A stretch of DNA of 64,000 nt, from IMG/VR virus record IMGVR_UViG_2974596396_000001, positions 24,254 to 88,253 of that record, one strand, 5' to 3'. Position 1 is the stretch's first letter. Every line of letters begins with the position of its first letter. The position numbers and the translations under genes were made by a program. Below are positions 1-8,183 of the stretch, one piece after another. The notes beneath the pieces are model-generated. The model made no database searches. It worked only from the letters and a program-made list of their open reading frames with translations, and was not told the origin of the DNA. This DNA is from a virus (taxonomy: Duplodnaviria; Heunggongvirae; Uroviricota; Caudoviricetes; Ackermannviridae).

Positions 1-33
1 AAAGTCCGTTACAGTAGTGCTCTTGGCAACCAT
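1..33 (-). CDS. 5' start of a gene running off the left edge, probably DNA topoisomerase II medium subunit (gp52-like)
   Basis: ATG at 33 gives MVAKSTTVTDF... open to the window edge, just downstream of the topo II large-subunit unit; identity inferred from synteny only. Confidence 0.4.
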   Translation of the reverse strand, partial: MVAKSTTVTDF

Positions 34-34
34 C

Positions 35-481
35 TTACCCACGATAACCTCCTACTTCATATGGATCGACAATGTAGTCCACAATCCAAGTCTCAAGTTT
101 TACCGCCAGAGGAGATTTGTCTTCTTCATCCAGGGTGTAGTATCTTTTGCCAGTACCCTTCAGTGGGTCATGTATGACAACTTTGTCGCCTCGGGTATCC
201 ATGATGATCTGATGCAATATCCCTGGCGTTGCCGGACTTGGTACGCAAAGCAGATAGACATAATCATGATAGATGGTGACGGTTTGGTTGATCCCCTTCC
301 CGTACAAGAACGGAATCCCCTCCATACAAAGAACATCCCCGATCGTGGTTTCCCAATTCGCGAAACTTTCATGCCACGTTTCGGCAATCTCGGCAACCGG
401 GCGATCAAGTAACATAGCCAGACACGTTGACATACACGTGTCAGCTGTTGGTTGTATCTGATGAGTTAGCGGGTATTCCAT
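35..481 (-). CDS. hypothetical protein, peptidase C39-like (Cys...His-Asp)
   Basis: 148 aa; Q-x4-TCMSTCLAMLL nucleophile-like motif, then LHQII and IHDP. Confidence 0.5.
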   Translation of the reverse strand: MEYPLTHQIQPTADTCMSTCLAMLLDRPVAEIAETWHESFANWETTIGDVLCMEGIPFLYGKGINQTVTIYHDYVYLLCVPSPATPGILHQIIMDTRGDKVVIHDPLKGTGKRYYTLDEEDKSPLAVKLETWIVDYIVDPYEVGGYRG

Positions 482-2391
482 TATTCATCCTCAGTTTCAA
501 ACAGGCAAACATCGCTAAACCAGGTTTTGCGGTAATCGGCGGCCTCATCACCGAAGCCGTTCTTCAACGCTTCTTTGTAGCCGTCGTCCAGCGTGACCGT
601 CGTAGTATACGCATCCAGGTTGTTTAGAATACGTTTGAAGTCCTCGGTGCTGTTACCACCCAGACCTTTCAGATATTTCTTCTTAGTGATCTTCTTGGCA
701 TCAGGGGTCTTCAGGAACTCCTCATACTCGGCGTTGTTCATGAACTCATGCATCACCTTACCGCACCACACGCGCATGTATGGTGTGCGCAGGAGTTTCA
801 GTCTACCCTGACGGACGTACTCCGGCCAATATGTGCAATACAGAGTAATCAACAAACCACGGATGTGAATGCCATCATCGTCCGCATCGGTTGCTACAAC
901 AGTCTGTGGATAGCGGGTGATATCAATCGACTGACCTGGGACTGCGCCTCCATGAATGGTGCAAAGATTCTTGAACTCCTCATTATTCATTACCTTTGAT
1001 CGCGGATTGTTTAAGCAATTGATGAATTTACCACGCAAAGGGAATAATCCGATCTTTTTAGTATCACGGGCGTTCAGGATAGGATTGGACGCGCTGTCAC
1101 CTTCAGTCAATAGCAGAGAGCACCCACTGCGATCACCACGGGCGGTCGCCGGATAATACTTCTCTATCTCACGATAATCCCGTTTGCTAATATCCTTCTT
1201 GGCCTTTTCAAATTCAGCATCATCTTGGTCGTTACGCAAGGCGGCTAATTCTTTACTCAGGCCAGCTGTGACAAACTCCAGAGCCTTCCGGATTAGTTTA
1301 TCGCTGGGCTTGTAGGCCGTACCAAACTGGCTAACAGGAGTCGTCATGCGCTCCTTGGTCTGGCTATCAAAACGAGGGTTGTTGATAGCCGCCGAAATGA
1401 AGAGCATCATATGGTTTTTAATCATAGAAGGCTTCAGATCAGTCTTAAACTTTTTCACCAATTGTGGGCGAATCGCATTCACGATCTGGTCAGCAACGTA
1501 ATCCACATGAGGACCACCGATATGGGTGGCAATGCTGTTCACATATGATGCATGAATAAACGTCCCTTGTGAAGGAGCAACAGCAACAGACCACTCCTCT
1601 GTTTCATCAACAGAAGAACCTTGGCAAAAGTAATCCACAAAATGGCCAAATCGGTCGATACGGATTTGTTTCCCGTTCAGAATGACTTTCAGGCGCGGGT
1701 TACAAGCAGCCACTTCAAATGCTCGGCGATAGATCATCAACAAGTTATTTTGATCAAGACCTTTGACACCCAGACGCGCATAATCAGGTATCCATGCAAT
1801 TGACGTCCCAGGGGCATTCAAATTACTGATCACCGGATTAGAACGTTTGCTCAAATTGTCTTCAAATGTTTGAGTGTAAGACTTCTTCCCGTCATTTGTC
1901 GTGACACGGAACCATTTTGAAAATACGTTGACCAGTGAAGCCCCTTCACCGTTCTGCCCGCCTGATTTTTTGTTATTGTATTCTTCATCGTCGTCGTTGA
2001 AGTTGCTACCCGCATAGAGGGAGCCAAATAACATTTCGGGGAGCCATTCTTTGGTCTCCCCGTGTTTAACAACCGGAATACCCCCATTGTCAGCCACGAT
2101 GATCTGACCATTCATAGGAGAAACGGTAATGGTGATTTCTGTGAGGCTTTTACCTTCTGGCGTTTTGCTATGATCTACAGAGTTGGTGATAATTTCATCA
2201 AACTGTTTAATCAATGCAGGAGAATATTCAAAATTATCCTTGAATATGACCTGATCTTTTATTGGATCATATATCCAAGTCGTTCCAACGGCTGAACGGA
2301 TACTGCCCAGATGACGCTCTGGGCGGAGAAGGATATGCTCTATGTGAGTGAGCTTTTTGTATTTTCGTTCAATATCAATCATATTAGACAT
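481..2391 (-). CDS. gp39/60: DNA topoisomerase II large subunit (T4 gp39+gp60 fused; GHKL ATPase + TOPRIM)
   Basis: 636 aa; EHILLRP, FDEIITNSVD, GGQNGEGASLVN, LTEGDSA, FPLRGK, TDADDDG, YLKGLG motifs. Confidence 0.95.
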   Translation of the reverse strand: MSNMIDIERKYKKLTHIEHILLRPERHLGSIRSAVGTTWIYDPIKDQVIFKDNFEYSPALIKQFDEIITNSVDHSKTPEGKSLTEITITVSPMNGQIIVADNGGIPVVKHGETKEWLPEMLFGSLYAGSNFNDDDEEYNNKKSGGQNGEGASLVNVFSKWFRVTTNDGKKSYTQTFEDNLSKRSNPVISNLNAPGTSIAWIPDYARLGVKGLDQNNLLMIYRRAFEVAACNPRLKVILNGKQIRIDRFGHFVDYFCQGSSVDETEEWSVAVAPSQGTFIHASYVNSIATHIGGPHVDYVADQIVNAIRPQLVKKFKTDLKPSMIKNHMMLFISAAINNPRFDSQTKERMTTPVSQFGTAYKPSDKLIRKALEFVTAGLSKELAALRNDQDDAEFEKAKKDISKRDYREIEKYYPATARGDRSGCSLLLTEGDSASNPILNARDTKKIGLFPLRGKFINCLNNPRSKVMNNEEFKNLCTIHGGAVPGQSIDITRYPQTVVATDADDDGIHIRGLLITLYCTYWPEYVRQGRLKLLRTPYMRVWCGKVMHEFMNNAEYEEFLKTPDAKKITKKKYLKGLGGNSTEDFKRILNNLDAYTTTVTLDDGYKEALKNGFGDEAADYRKTWFSDVCLFETEDE

Positions 2392-2438
2392 CGGCCTATC
2401 CCGTCAATGGTAAACACAAGATTATGTATGGGGTCGGC

Positions 2439-3020
2439 TTATAGACCAAATTTGGTACGCCACTTTTCAACTTTGTGTTCAATCGCGTGTTCTACTTTCA
2501 CTCGCGTGTCAGACTGAGACACAGAGTTGACGATGCCAACAGCGCAAGCCATTTTGGCCGTGAAGGTGATGATCCTGTCCACCAGGTACGCCAGGTCGTC
2601 TTCTGAACGGTATGGTTGGTTCAAAAGGCGGGTCGTTCTGCCCAGGTAGTGTGTAGCCAACGCCAGATGCTTCTCCGGCTCCAGATCACCCACGTGGAAC
2701 CAGTGGCTCTCCACATCTTTTGATTCTGTAGCCCCCAATTCTGCAAGACGGAAGATAACAGAATCGATCATTTCTTCCTTGTTCATGCACCCATTGACAT
2801 GATGTGGGTTGAACTCCACGACATAGAGCAAATCAATCGCGGAGATGATAACATCCGCGATTTCACCGTTCAGGGGTTCCGACGCTGCCAGGCCATGGTA
2901 GACATCAGACAACTCACACAATTCTTCGACTAGTTTGCTGTGGACGAACACAGGTGAGCGGTCAGGGCAATGCGCGGTGCAATCGTATGAGGTTCCAACG
3001 ATAATGTGTAGAAATTTCAT
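2439..3020 (-). CDS. hypothetical protein, MazG-like NTP pyrophosphohydrolase fold
   Basis: 193 aa; KLVEELCEL...GEIADVIISAIDL resembles the MazG EExxE...EIAD motif. Confidence 0.5.
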   Translation of the reverse strand: MKFLHIIVGTSYDCTAHCPDRSPVFVHSKLVEELCELSDVYHGLAASEPLNGEIADVIISAIDLLYVVEFNPHHVNGCMNKEEMIDSVIFRLAELGATESKDVESHWFHVGDLEPEKHLALATHYLGRTTRLLNQPYRSEDDLAYLVDRIITFTAKMACAVGIVNSVSQSDTRVKVEHAIEHKVEKWRTKFGL

Positions 3021-3517
3021 TTCAAATATCCTTCTAAGCGACAGCGGTTGATATGTTGTATGATAAAGTCCATAGAGTTTTGAAAACTATATTTCCCCTG
3101 ATGCTCATACGCATGGATAAGGGGGAGTCGGCTGTGGGCCAATTGGAATCGCAGTCTCGGGGGCATAGACAACAACTTGGCCGATGTCGCCGCAATAATA
3201 CGAGAACGCAACATGGGGGAATCTGAATCAACGAGAGGGATTTGTGTTTTACCCAAATCCAATCCATACTTCTTGGCTTCATAACCACTCAGATGCCGAA
3301 GAGCATCATCGCGATATTTTATCCAATACCAATAACCCTCGATAGAATCGAAGTGTCCGTCCAGGGTTTCAATTGGATGATGGGTAAAATGCGATAGGAA
3401 TTTTCCCAGATCAGTCCGGCTTTGGCTGTATATGTTATAATGATTGACACCCTCAGTTGTAGGCGTCATCGCTTTCTTTGAAACATTCAGTAATATAAGC
3501 ATGATATAGAGTCTCAA
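3017..3517 (-). CDS. NADAR-like protein
   Basis: 166 aa; LSHFTHHPIETLDGHFDSIEGYWY resembles the NADAR signature LSNF..P...dG..F.s.EhY. Confidence 0.5.
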   Translation of the reverse strand: MRLYIMLILLNVSKKAMTPTTEGVNHYNIYSQSRTDLGKFLSHFTHHPIETLDGHFDSIEGYWYWIKYRDDALRHLSGYEAKKYGLDLGKTQIPLVDSDSPMLRSRIIAATSAKLLSMPPRLRFQLAHSRLPLIHAYEHQGKYSFQNSMDFIIQHINRCRLEGYLK

Positions 3518-3532
3518 CTGTGTGTAATCAGT

Positions 3533-3724
3533 TCAAATCTTTTTATATGCTTTCAGGGCACAAATAATAGAGACGCCGCCAAATAGAACGAGCAATATGA
3601 ATCGTTCCATCCTAAAATCAGGAAGGGAAAGCAGTCCCACAAGGCTGTCTAAAGCAATCATGAACGTTACTCCAGTCAGCATCCCCAACTTAAAGGAGTT
3701 GGAACCTCTTTTGCAACGTAGCAT
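3533..3724 (-). CDS. small membrane protein
   Basis: 63 aa, two hydrophobic segments. Confidence 0.6.
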   Translation of the reverse strand: MLRCKRGSNSFKLGMLTGVTFMIALDSLVGLLSLPDFRMERFILLVLFGGVSIICALKAYKKI

Positions 3725-3771
3725 AAATCACCTCCGATTCAAATGGGGAGTTTCCTCCCCATGCAAATTAT

Positions 3772-4275
3772 CTAGCCCAGAAACACTACTAAAGTCAAAT
3801 TTGTAAAGCAAATGCGATTATCTTTTAACATTTGGTGGGCAGCGGAAAGGCGTTTAGCATCATGCAGAGTATCTGAAAACACGATGATATTGGCCTTGTC
3901 GATTTTGGTTCCCATAAAATTGGCTATGGTCGACGTTTTCTCTTTTCTATCAAATTTTTCATATTGCTCACCTGTGGTTACATTTTTCGATTGAGTGAAA
4001 AACATATCACGTTCACGAGCAGTGTGAAATACACCAAATACATCTATTTCATTTTCAATTTGGAATTTTTCGGAAAGGAGTTTCTTTAATGCCGCAGTGT
4101 GACCAGTCTGGCGAAGCATTCGATAGTAGAGCATGCTCCCACTGTCTGCGGGATCAAGGTCGTGACGAATCCGACGATCTTTTTGAATTTCATACGCATC
4201 TAGAACCAATTGTTGTAGCATTTCAATATGCGCATTAAGGGATACTTCTACTTTTCGTTTAACTAAAGATTTCAT
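3772..4275 (-). CDS. hypothetical protein
   Basis: 167-aa ORF with GAGGA SD, directly downstream of a TTCATT-N14-TATAAT promoter. Confidence 0.75.
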   Translation of the reverse strand: MKSLVKRKVEVSLNAHIEMLQQLVLDAYEIQKDRRIRHDLDPADSGSMLYYRMLRQTGHTAALKKLLSEKFQIENEIDVFGVFHTARERDMFFTQSKNVTTGEQYEKFDRKEKTSTIANFMGTKIDKANIIVFSDTLHDAKRLSAAHQMLKDNRICFTNLTLVVFLG

Positions 4276-4319
4276 TGTTGGATCCTCTAATTTACGTTCC
4301 GCTCATGGGGAACATAAAA

Positions 4320-4345
4320 ATTATACCCTTAGACACAACAATGAA
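4320..4345 (-). promoter_or_regulatory. phage promoter TTCATT-N14-TATAAT
   Basis: same 14-nt spacing as the other copies of this motif in the window. Confidence 0.7.
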
Positions 4346-4366
4346 AAAGAGGCCGAAGCCTCTTTA
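4343..4366 (-). terminator. intrinsic terminator
   Basis: GAGGC-TTCG-GCCTC followed by TTTTT on the minus strand. Confidence 0.75.
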
Positions 4367-4585
4367 ATCGTCATATTTGCCTGTCCTGAAATTCCATTTC
4401 CTCGCCTTGGATAGGTCAAGGTCTTTGAATATATTACCGAAGATCTTTTTAAACCCCGACTCTTCTTCAAGATCTTTGGGTTTCTTGACAGGTTCTTTAA
4501 CCATACCGCCTTCGGGTTTCCCCACATCGGCGGTAGTAGTTGCCGGAGCAGAAGAGTCTTCGAGGTAATCCTGGAAGCTCTTCAT
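4364..4585 (-). CDS. small putative internal head protein
   Basis: 73 aa; N-terminus MKSFQDYLE resembles T4 internal-protein capsid-targeting sequences. Confidence 0.55.
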   Translation of the reverse strand: MKSFQDYLEDSSAPATTTADVGKPEGGMVKEPVKKPKDLEEESGFKKIFGNIFKDLDLSKARKWNFRTGKYDD

Positions 4586-4588
4586 AAA

Positions 4589-5410
4589 TTACACCACAGC
4601 CATTTCACAACGGGTGGATGTTACAGAATGACCATCCGCATCAGAAACTACACACCAATATTCGCCTTCATCTGATGCTTCAACTGCGGTGATGACCAAA
4701 TTGGCAGTAGCAGCAGTCGTGTTGGCACTGGCATCAATCACCGCACCCGCGCCGCCAGGAACATCAGAGAAGTACCACACATAAGTGTAAGGGGTTGTCC
4801 CACCCGCAGCCACAACGCTAAAAGTGCCATCCTGAACAGCAGTAACATCTTTGGTGGCGGTGAGGTCAGTTGTCAAAGACAACAACCCTGCGACGGTAAT
4901 GACGGTAGAATCGGTGTGATTGCCTTCAACGGTAACGCCATAGACTGTAACAGAACCAGACTGAAGCAGTTTGAATTTACCACTGCCGATATGAATCGCC
5001 TTCGTCAGGTCGCCAGAATACCAGTTAACCCCTTGATATGTTGCGTTCGTAGGGGCAACAGTGGCCAGCAATTCAACGATTTGGCCTATTTCCCCGCTGG
5101 CAGTAGCCGGAGTAATGGTCAGACCCGTGGTCAGAACAGCAGTCGGATCATGGATTTCATAAGAAACCTGGAAACCTACTGGCTTTGTCGGATCAACTTT
5201 GGTGACACCGTCCGCTTGCAGATTGCTTTTGGTAAGCAACGCATCAAGACCTTTACATTCGGTCAAGATTTCATCAGGATCTTGGTTCAGGCTGGTTTTT
5301 TGCCAACCCTTTGCAACACCCGTCACGACATGATTGCGTTCGGTTTCCGGTTTGTTGCGTACAACTTCCGGCGCGACTAATACTGTGATTGTTGGCATGG
5401 TTTCCTCCAC
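4589..5410 (-). CDS. Ig-domain virion protein (Hoc-like/decoration; Big_2 + Ig)
   Basis: 273 aa; ATVAPTNATYQGVNWYS (Big_2) and YTYVWY...DEGEYWCVVSD (Ig fold). Confidence 0.8.
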   Translation of the reverse strand: MEETMPTITVLVAPEVVRNKPETERNHVVTGVAKGWQKTSLNQDPDEILTECKGLDALLTKSNLQADGVTKVDPTKPVGFQVSYEIHDPTAVLTTGLTITPATASGEIGQIVELLATVAPTNATYQGVNWYSGDLTKAIHIGSGKFKLLQSGSVTVYGVTVEGNHTDSTVITVAGLLSLTTDLTATKDVTAVQDGTFSVVAAGGTTPYTYVWYFSDVPGGAGAVIDASANTTAATANLVITAVEASDEGEYWCVVSDADGHSVTSTRCEMAVV

Positions 5411-5769
5411 TCATCCAAATCGTTGTTCAGAGCCATCATCAGCTCGTTATCTGGTTCGTATGAACCGGAACATAAATCATCTCTCCAAACTCCCAACGTC
5501 AACAGCGCTGCCTTTAGACGAGGATGTTGGTTCTTATCCGTTTTCAACACCAGCATTCGACACACAGCTTCAGTTTCGAAAGTATTGAAAAGAATAATCA
5601 ATTGATTGATAAGCACACGAGGACTTTTCCCAGGTACAAATCTCTTCAATGATTGATTAATTAGCGAAATTCGCTGAATGTCTACCATCAAATCATCCCG
5701 TGAGACACCAGCAGTGATATAGTGTCTCAGGGCATATTCCATCAAATTGCTTTCGTCAACGATAGCCAT
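5377..5769 (-). CDS. conserved T4-like hypothetical protein
   Basis: 130 aa; YALRHY...RVLINQLIILFNTF pattern recalled from T4-type phages. Confidence 0.6.
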   Translation of the reverse strand: MAIVDESNLMEYALRHYITAGVSRDDLMVDIQRISLINQSLKRFVPGKSPRVLINQLIILFNTFETEAVCRMLVLKTDKNQHPRLKAALLTLGVWRDDLCSGSYEPDNELMMALNNDLDEWRKPCQQSQY

Positions 5770-5801
5770 ATTGAATTATAATCAGCAGTTATACACTGGG
5801 A

Positions 5802-6215
5802 TTATTTAATCTGGAGTTTTTCAGTCAATTGAGCAATAATTTCATTCCGGTCGGTAGAAACAATCCCCAAAGGTTCGGCCAATGTTTTAAGATCATTGAT
5901 GTCGAGCAAAAGAAGGACTTCAACCGTAATATCGGTGGATACCACAGTGCCTGGTTTCATAGGCTTGCCAAATTTGTCCAGCCCGTAACGACGTAAAGTA
6001 CCCGCCAGCCCCGTAAGTTCCTCCAGAAGCTCCTTCGTGCCGTCTTTATATTCACAGACCCAACCGTAGTCACCAGCATAAACGACGCCACCGTCGCCAC
6101 CCTGAGGGATGTTATCCACCACACGCTGAAGATAACTTGGGAGTTTGTTTTCTTCCTGGGCGGTGATTTCCTGGGAAGTTTGGGTATTTTCAATTTTCTT
6201 TGGTGTCTTCGCCAT
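5802..6215 (-). CDS. hypothetical protein (start revised to MAKTPKK)
   Basis: AGGAGA SD precedes ATG at 6215; the longer ORF-track start overlaps the upstream gene. Confidence 0.65.
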   Translation of the reverse strand: MAKTPKKIENTQTSQEITAQEENKLPSYLQRVVDNIPQGGDGGVVYAGDYGWVCEYKDGTKELLEELTGLAGTLRRYGLDKFGKPMKPGTVVSTDITVEVLLLLDINDLKTLAEPLGIVSTDRNEIIAQLTEKLQIK

Positions 6216-6489
6216 GATCAGTTCTCCTATAGACTGTAATGTATTTACCACAGCAATTGCAGCAATAAACGTGCATGGAATATCCGTCGTCGTTAAAGTC
6301 ACAGCCGCCACAACGACAAAATAATTTCACGAACTGGTCACCACTGACTTCTCTTGGAGGAAAATTCTTAAACGAGTATTCTCTGAGTTCACCCTCAAAT
6401 TGGAATGAATCAACAAGGAATTTCGTTTTCCGGCGTAATGAACCAAATGCTTGTTGTTCATACACGAAGTAAACATCTCTAGTTTCCAT
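6190..6489 (-). CDS. Zn-ribbon hypothetical protein
   Basis: 99 aa; CRCGGC...CCNCC. Confidence 0.65.
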   Translation of the reverse strand: METRDVYFVYEQQAFGSLRRKTKFLVDSFQFEGELREYSFKNFPPREVSGDQFVKLFCRCGGCDFNDDGYSMHVYCCNCCGKYITVYRRTDHGEDTKEN

Positions 6490-6500
6490 ATCGACCTCAA

Positions 6501-6529
6501 AGAAAAGGAGGCCGAAGCCCCCTCTTTTA
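6501..6529 (-). terminator. intrinsic terminator after rIIB
   Basis: GC-rich stem with TTCG loop, then T-run on the minus strand. Confidence 0.6.
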
Positions 6530-6542
6530 TGTCAGTTCGCGG

Positions 6543-8126
6543 TTACTTGTATAGACCGTCAACATCAATAGATTTATGTTGGCGGTTGTATTCCGTAGTA
6601 TAGTCATCCAACACGAGATATTCACAGCAGCGGATTTTACTAGAACCGTAATCATCAGTGATAGACACGATGTCTTTCGGGTTCAGCTTACAACGCACAA
6701 CCCGCTGGCCCAGGCTACCGAAACATTGTTTCAGATACGCCAGAGAACAAACGTGAAGACCATAGGAGCACAGGTCTTTGTTGTTATCGTTCACAAATGA
6801 GCGAGCCATCCGAACAATGGTCCCAGGAGCATTACTAACTTTTCCTGTGCGCTTGTCCATATAATTTCCGCGAACGGATTTGTATAGAATAATGTCGCCA
6901 TCTTCATGAATCTCAATGTCTGAATATGCCATGAATTCATAGATTCGACCGGACTGAACCAGCGCAGCGCTCGGGTTTTGGAACATTTTGTCCAGGAAAC
7001 GACCCAAGCGTTCCAAGTTCGGATAATCGCCTTTTAATGCCAAAGCCAAAATGCGTTTGGCAACGGAAGTTCCGGTGATATCATAGCCACCCCAGCGAAC
7101 ACGATTGTCTGAAAGGTCAACCATGCCTGTGGTGAATTGTTTGATGGCTTCACGCGGTTTCATCAGAGTGTACGCCGTTTTGACGTCACGATTTTTAATC
7201 GCTTCAACGATACGGTCATACGCCTGGTGGCTTGTTGTGATCGTTTCCGGTTTACCGTCGACCACGATCACGATACTTTCCGGCAAAATCATGATCTGGT
7301 GTTCGTTCAGGAACACAGACAGATCTTTTTCATTAAATGAATTCTGAGTTTGCTTGTCGCCTGTTTCTCCAACAACTGCAACAGTCTTGACCACGAATAA
7401 TACGGATGACAATGCCAGACGAAGTGTACGCCCCAGAATTGCGTCAAAGTATCCCACACGCCGACGGGCATCAAGGGAACCGCGCATCGGGTATGTTTCG
7501 CCGTCATGTTGTACACTGATTACCACGCCATCATTGACTTTGGTAACGCCATCAACCAGTGCTGTCGCCAATTCGGCCAACGGCGAAATATTTTCTTCAT
7601 TGAAGCGGCTTGACCGAGTTTCTAACGGTTTCAGTTCTTCGCTTCTGAAAAGTTTGGCCTGAATAGCAGCAGAGCTATCGTAACGCATACAGATAAACAC
7701 TGTTTGGTTTTCCAGGAAACGGCCAACATACCATTCTTCGCCTTCAGAATCGACAGACACCGAACCTTCCAGAACTTCATAGGTGTCGGGGATTTTCCCT
7801 TCTTCAGTCAATTCTTTAATTGGCGAAATCACGACCACGTTATTAGATTCTTTGATGATACGAACCATCAGGGCGCGGGCAATTGTTTTGGCACTGACGC
7901 CATAAACTGATGCCAGAGAAGAATTGCTTTCACCTTTGCTGCTCTTGGTTTGTATTTCTTGAATCTGTTCAGTGGTCAGAGACTTAATCGAAGCCGGATC
8001 CACTCCCAGTTCTTTATCCGACACGCGTTGTATCATTGAGCGCGGTACGCCCAATTCACTGGCTATTGAACTTTGACTTCTGTTCTCATTCAACAGCTTG
8101 AGAATACGTTTTCTATAGCATTTCAT
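6543..8126 (-). CDS. rIIB: rIIB protein
   Basis: 527 aa; N-terminal HTH repeats; C-terminal DLCSYGLHVCSLAYL...DIVSITDDYGSSKIRCCEY; adjacent to rIIA. Confidence 0.9.
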   Translation of the reverse strand: MKCYRKRILKLLNENRSQSSIASELGVPRSMIQRVSDKELGVDPASIKSLTTEQIQEIQTKSSKGESNSSLASVYGVSAKTIARALMVRIIKESNNVVVISPIKELTEEGKIPDTYEVLEGSVSVDSEGEEWYVGRFLENQTVFICMRYDSSAAIQAKLFRSEELKPLETRSSRFNEENISPLAELATALVDGVTKVNDGVVISVQHDGETYPMRGSLDARRRVGYFDAILGRTLRLALSSVLFVVKTVAVVGETGDKQTQNSFNEKDLSVFLNEHQIMILPESIVIVVDGKPETITTSHQAYDRIVEAIKNRDVKTAYTLMKPREAIKQFTTGMVDLSDNRVRWGGYDITGTSVAKRILALALKGDYPNLERLGRFLDKMFQNPSAALVQSGRIYEFMAYSDIEIHEDGDIILYKSVRGNYMDKRTGKVSNAPGTIVRMARSFVNDNNKDLCSYGLHVCSLAYLKQCFGSLGQRVVRCKLNPKDIVSITDDYGSSKIRCCEYLVLDDYTTEYNRQHKSIDVDGLYK

Positions 8127-8157
8127 CTTGTAGTTCTCACTGTGGGGTAATGGGGCT

Positions 8158-8183
8158 ATTATGCCCCGAGAATACGTTTTGAA
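8158..8183 (-). promoter_or_regulatory. phage promoter TTCAAA-N14-CATAAT with -10 inside a GGGGC/GCCCC inverted repeat
   Basis: motif spacing conserved. Confidence 0.55.
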
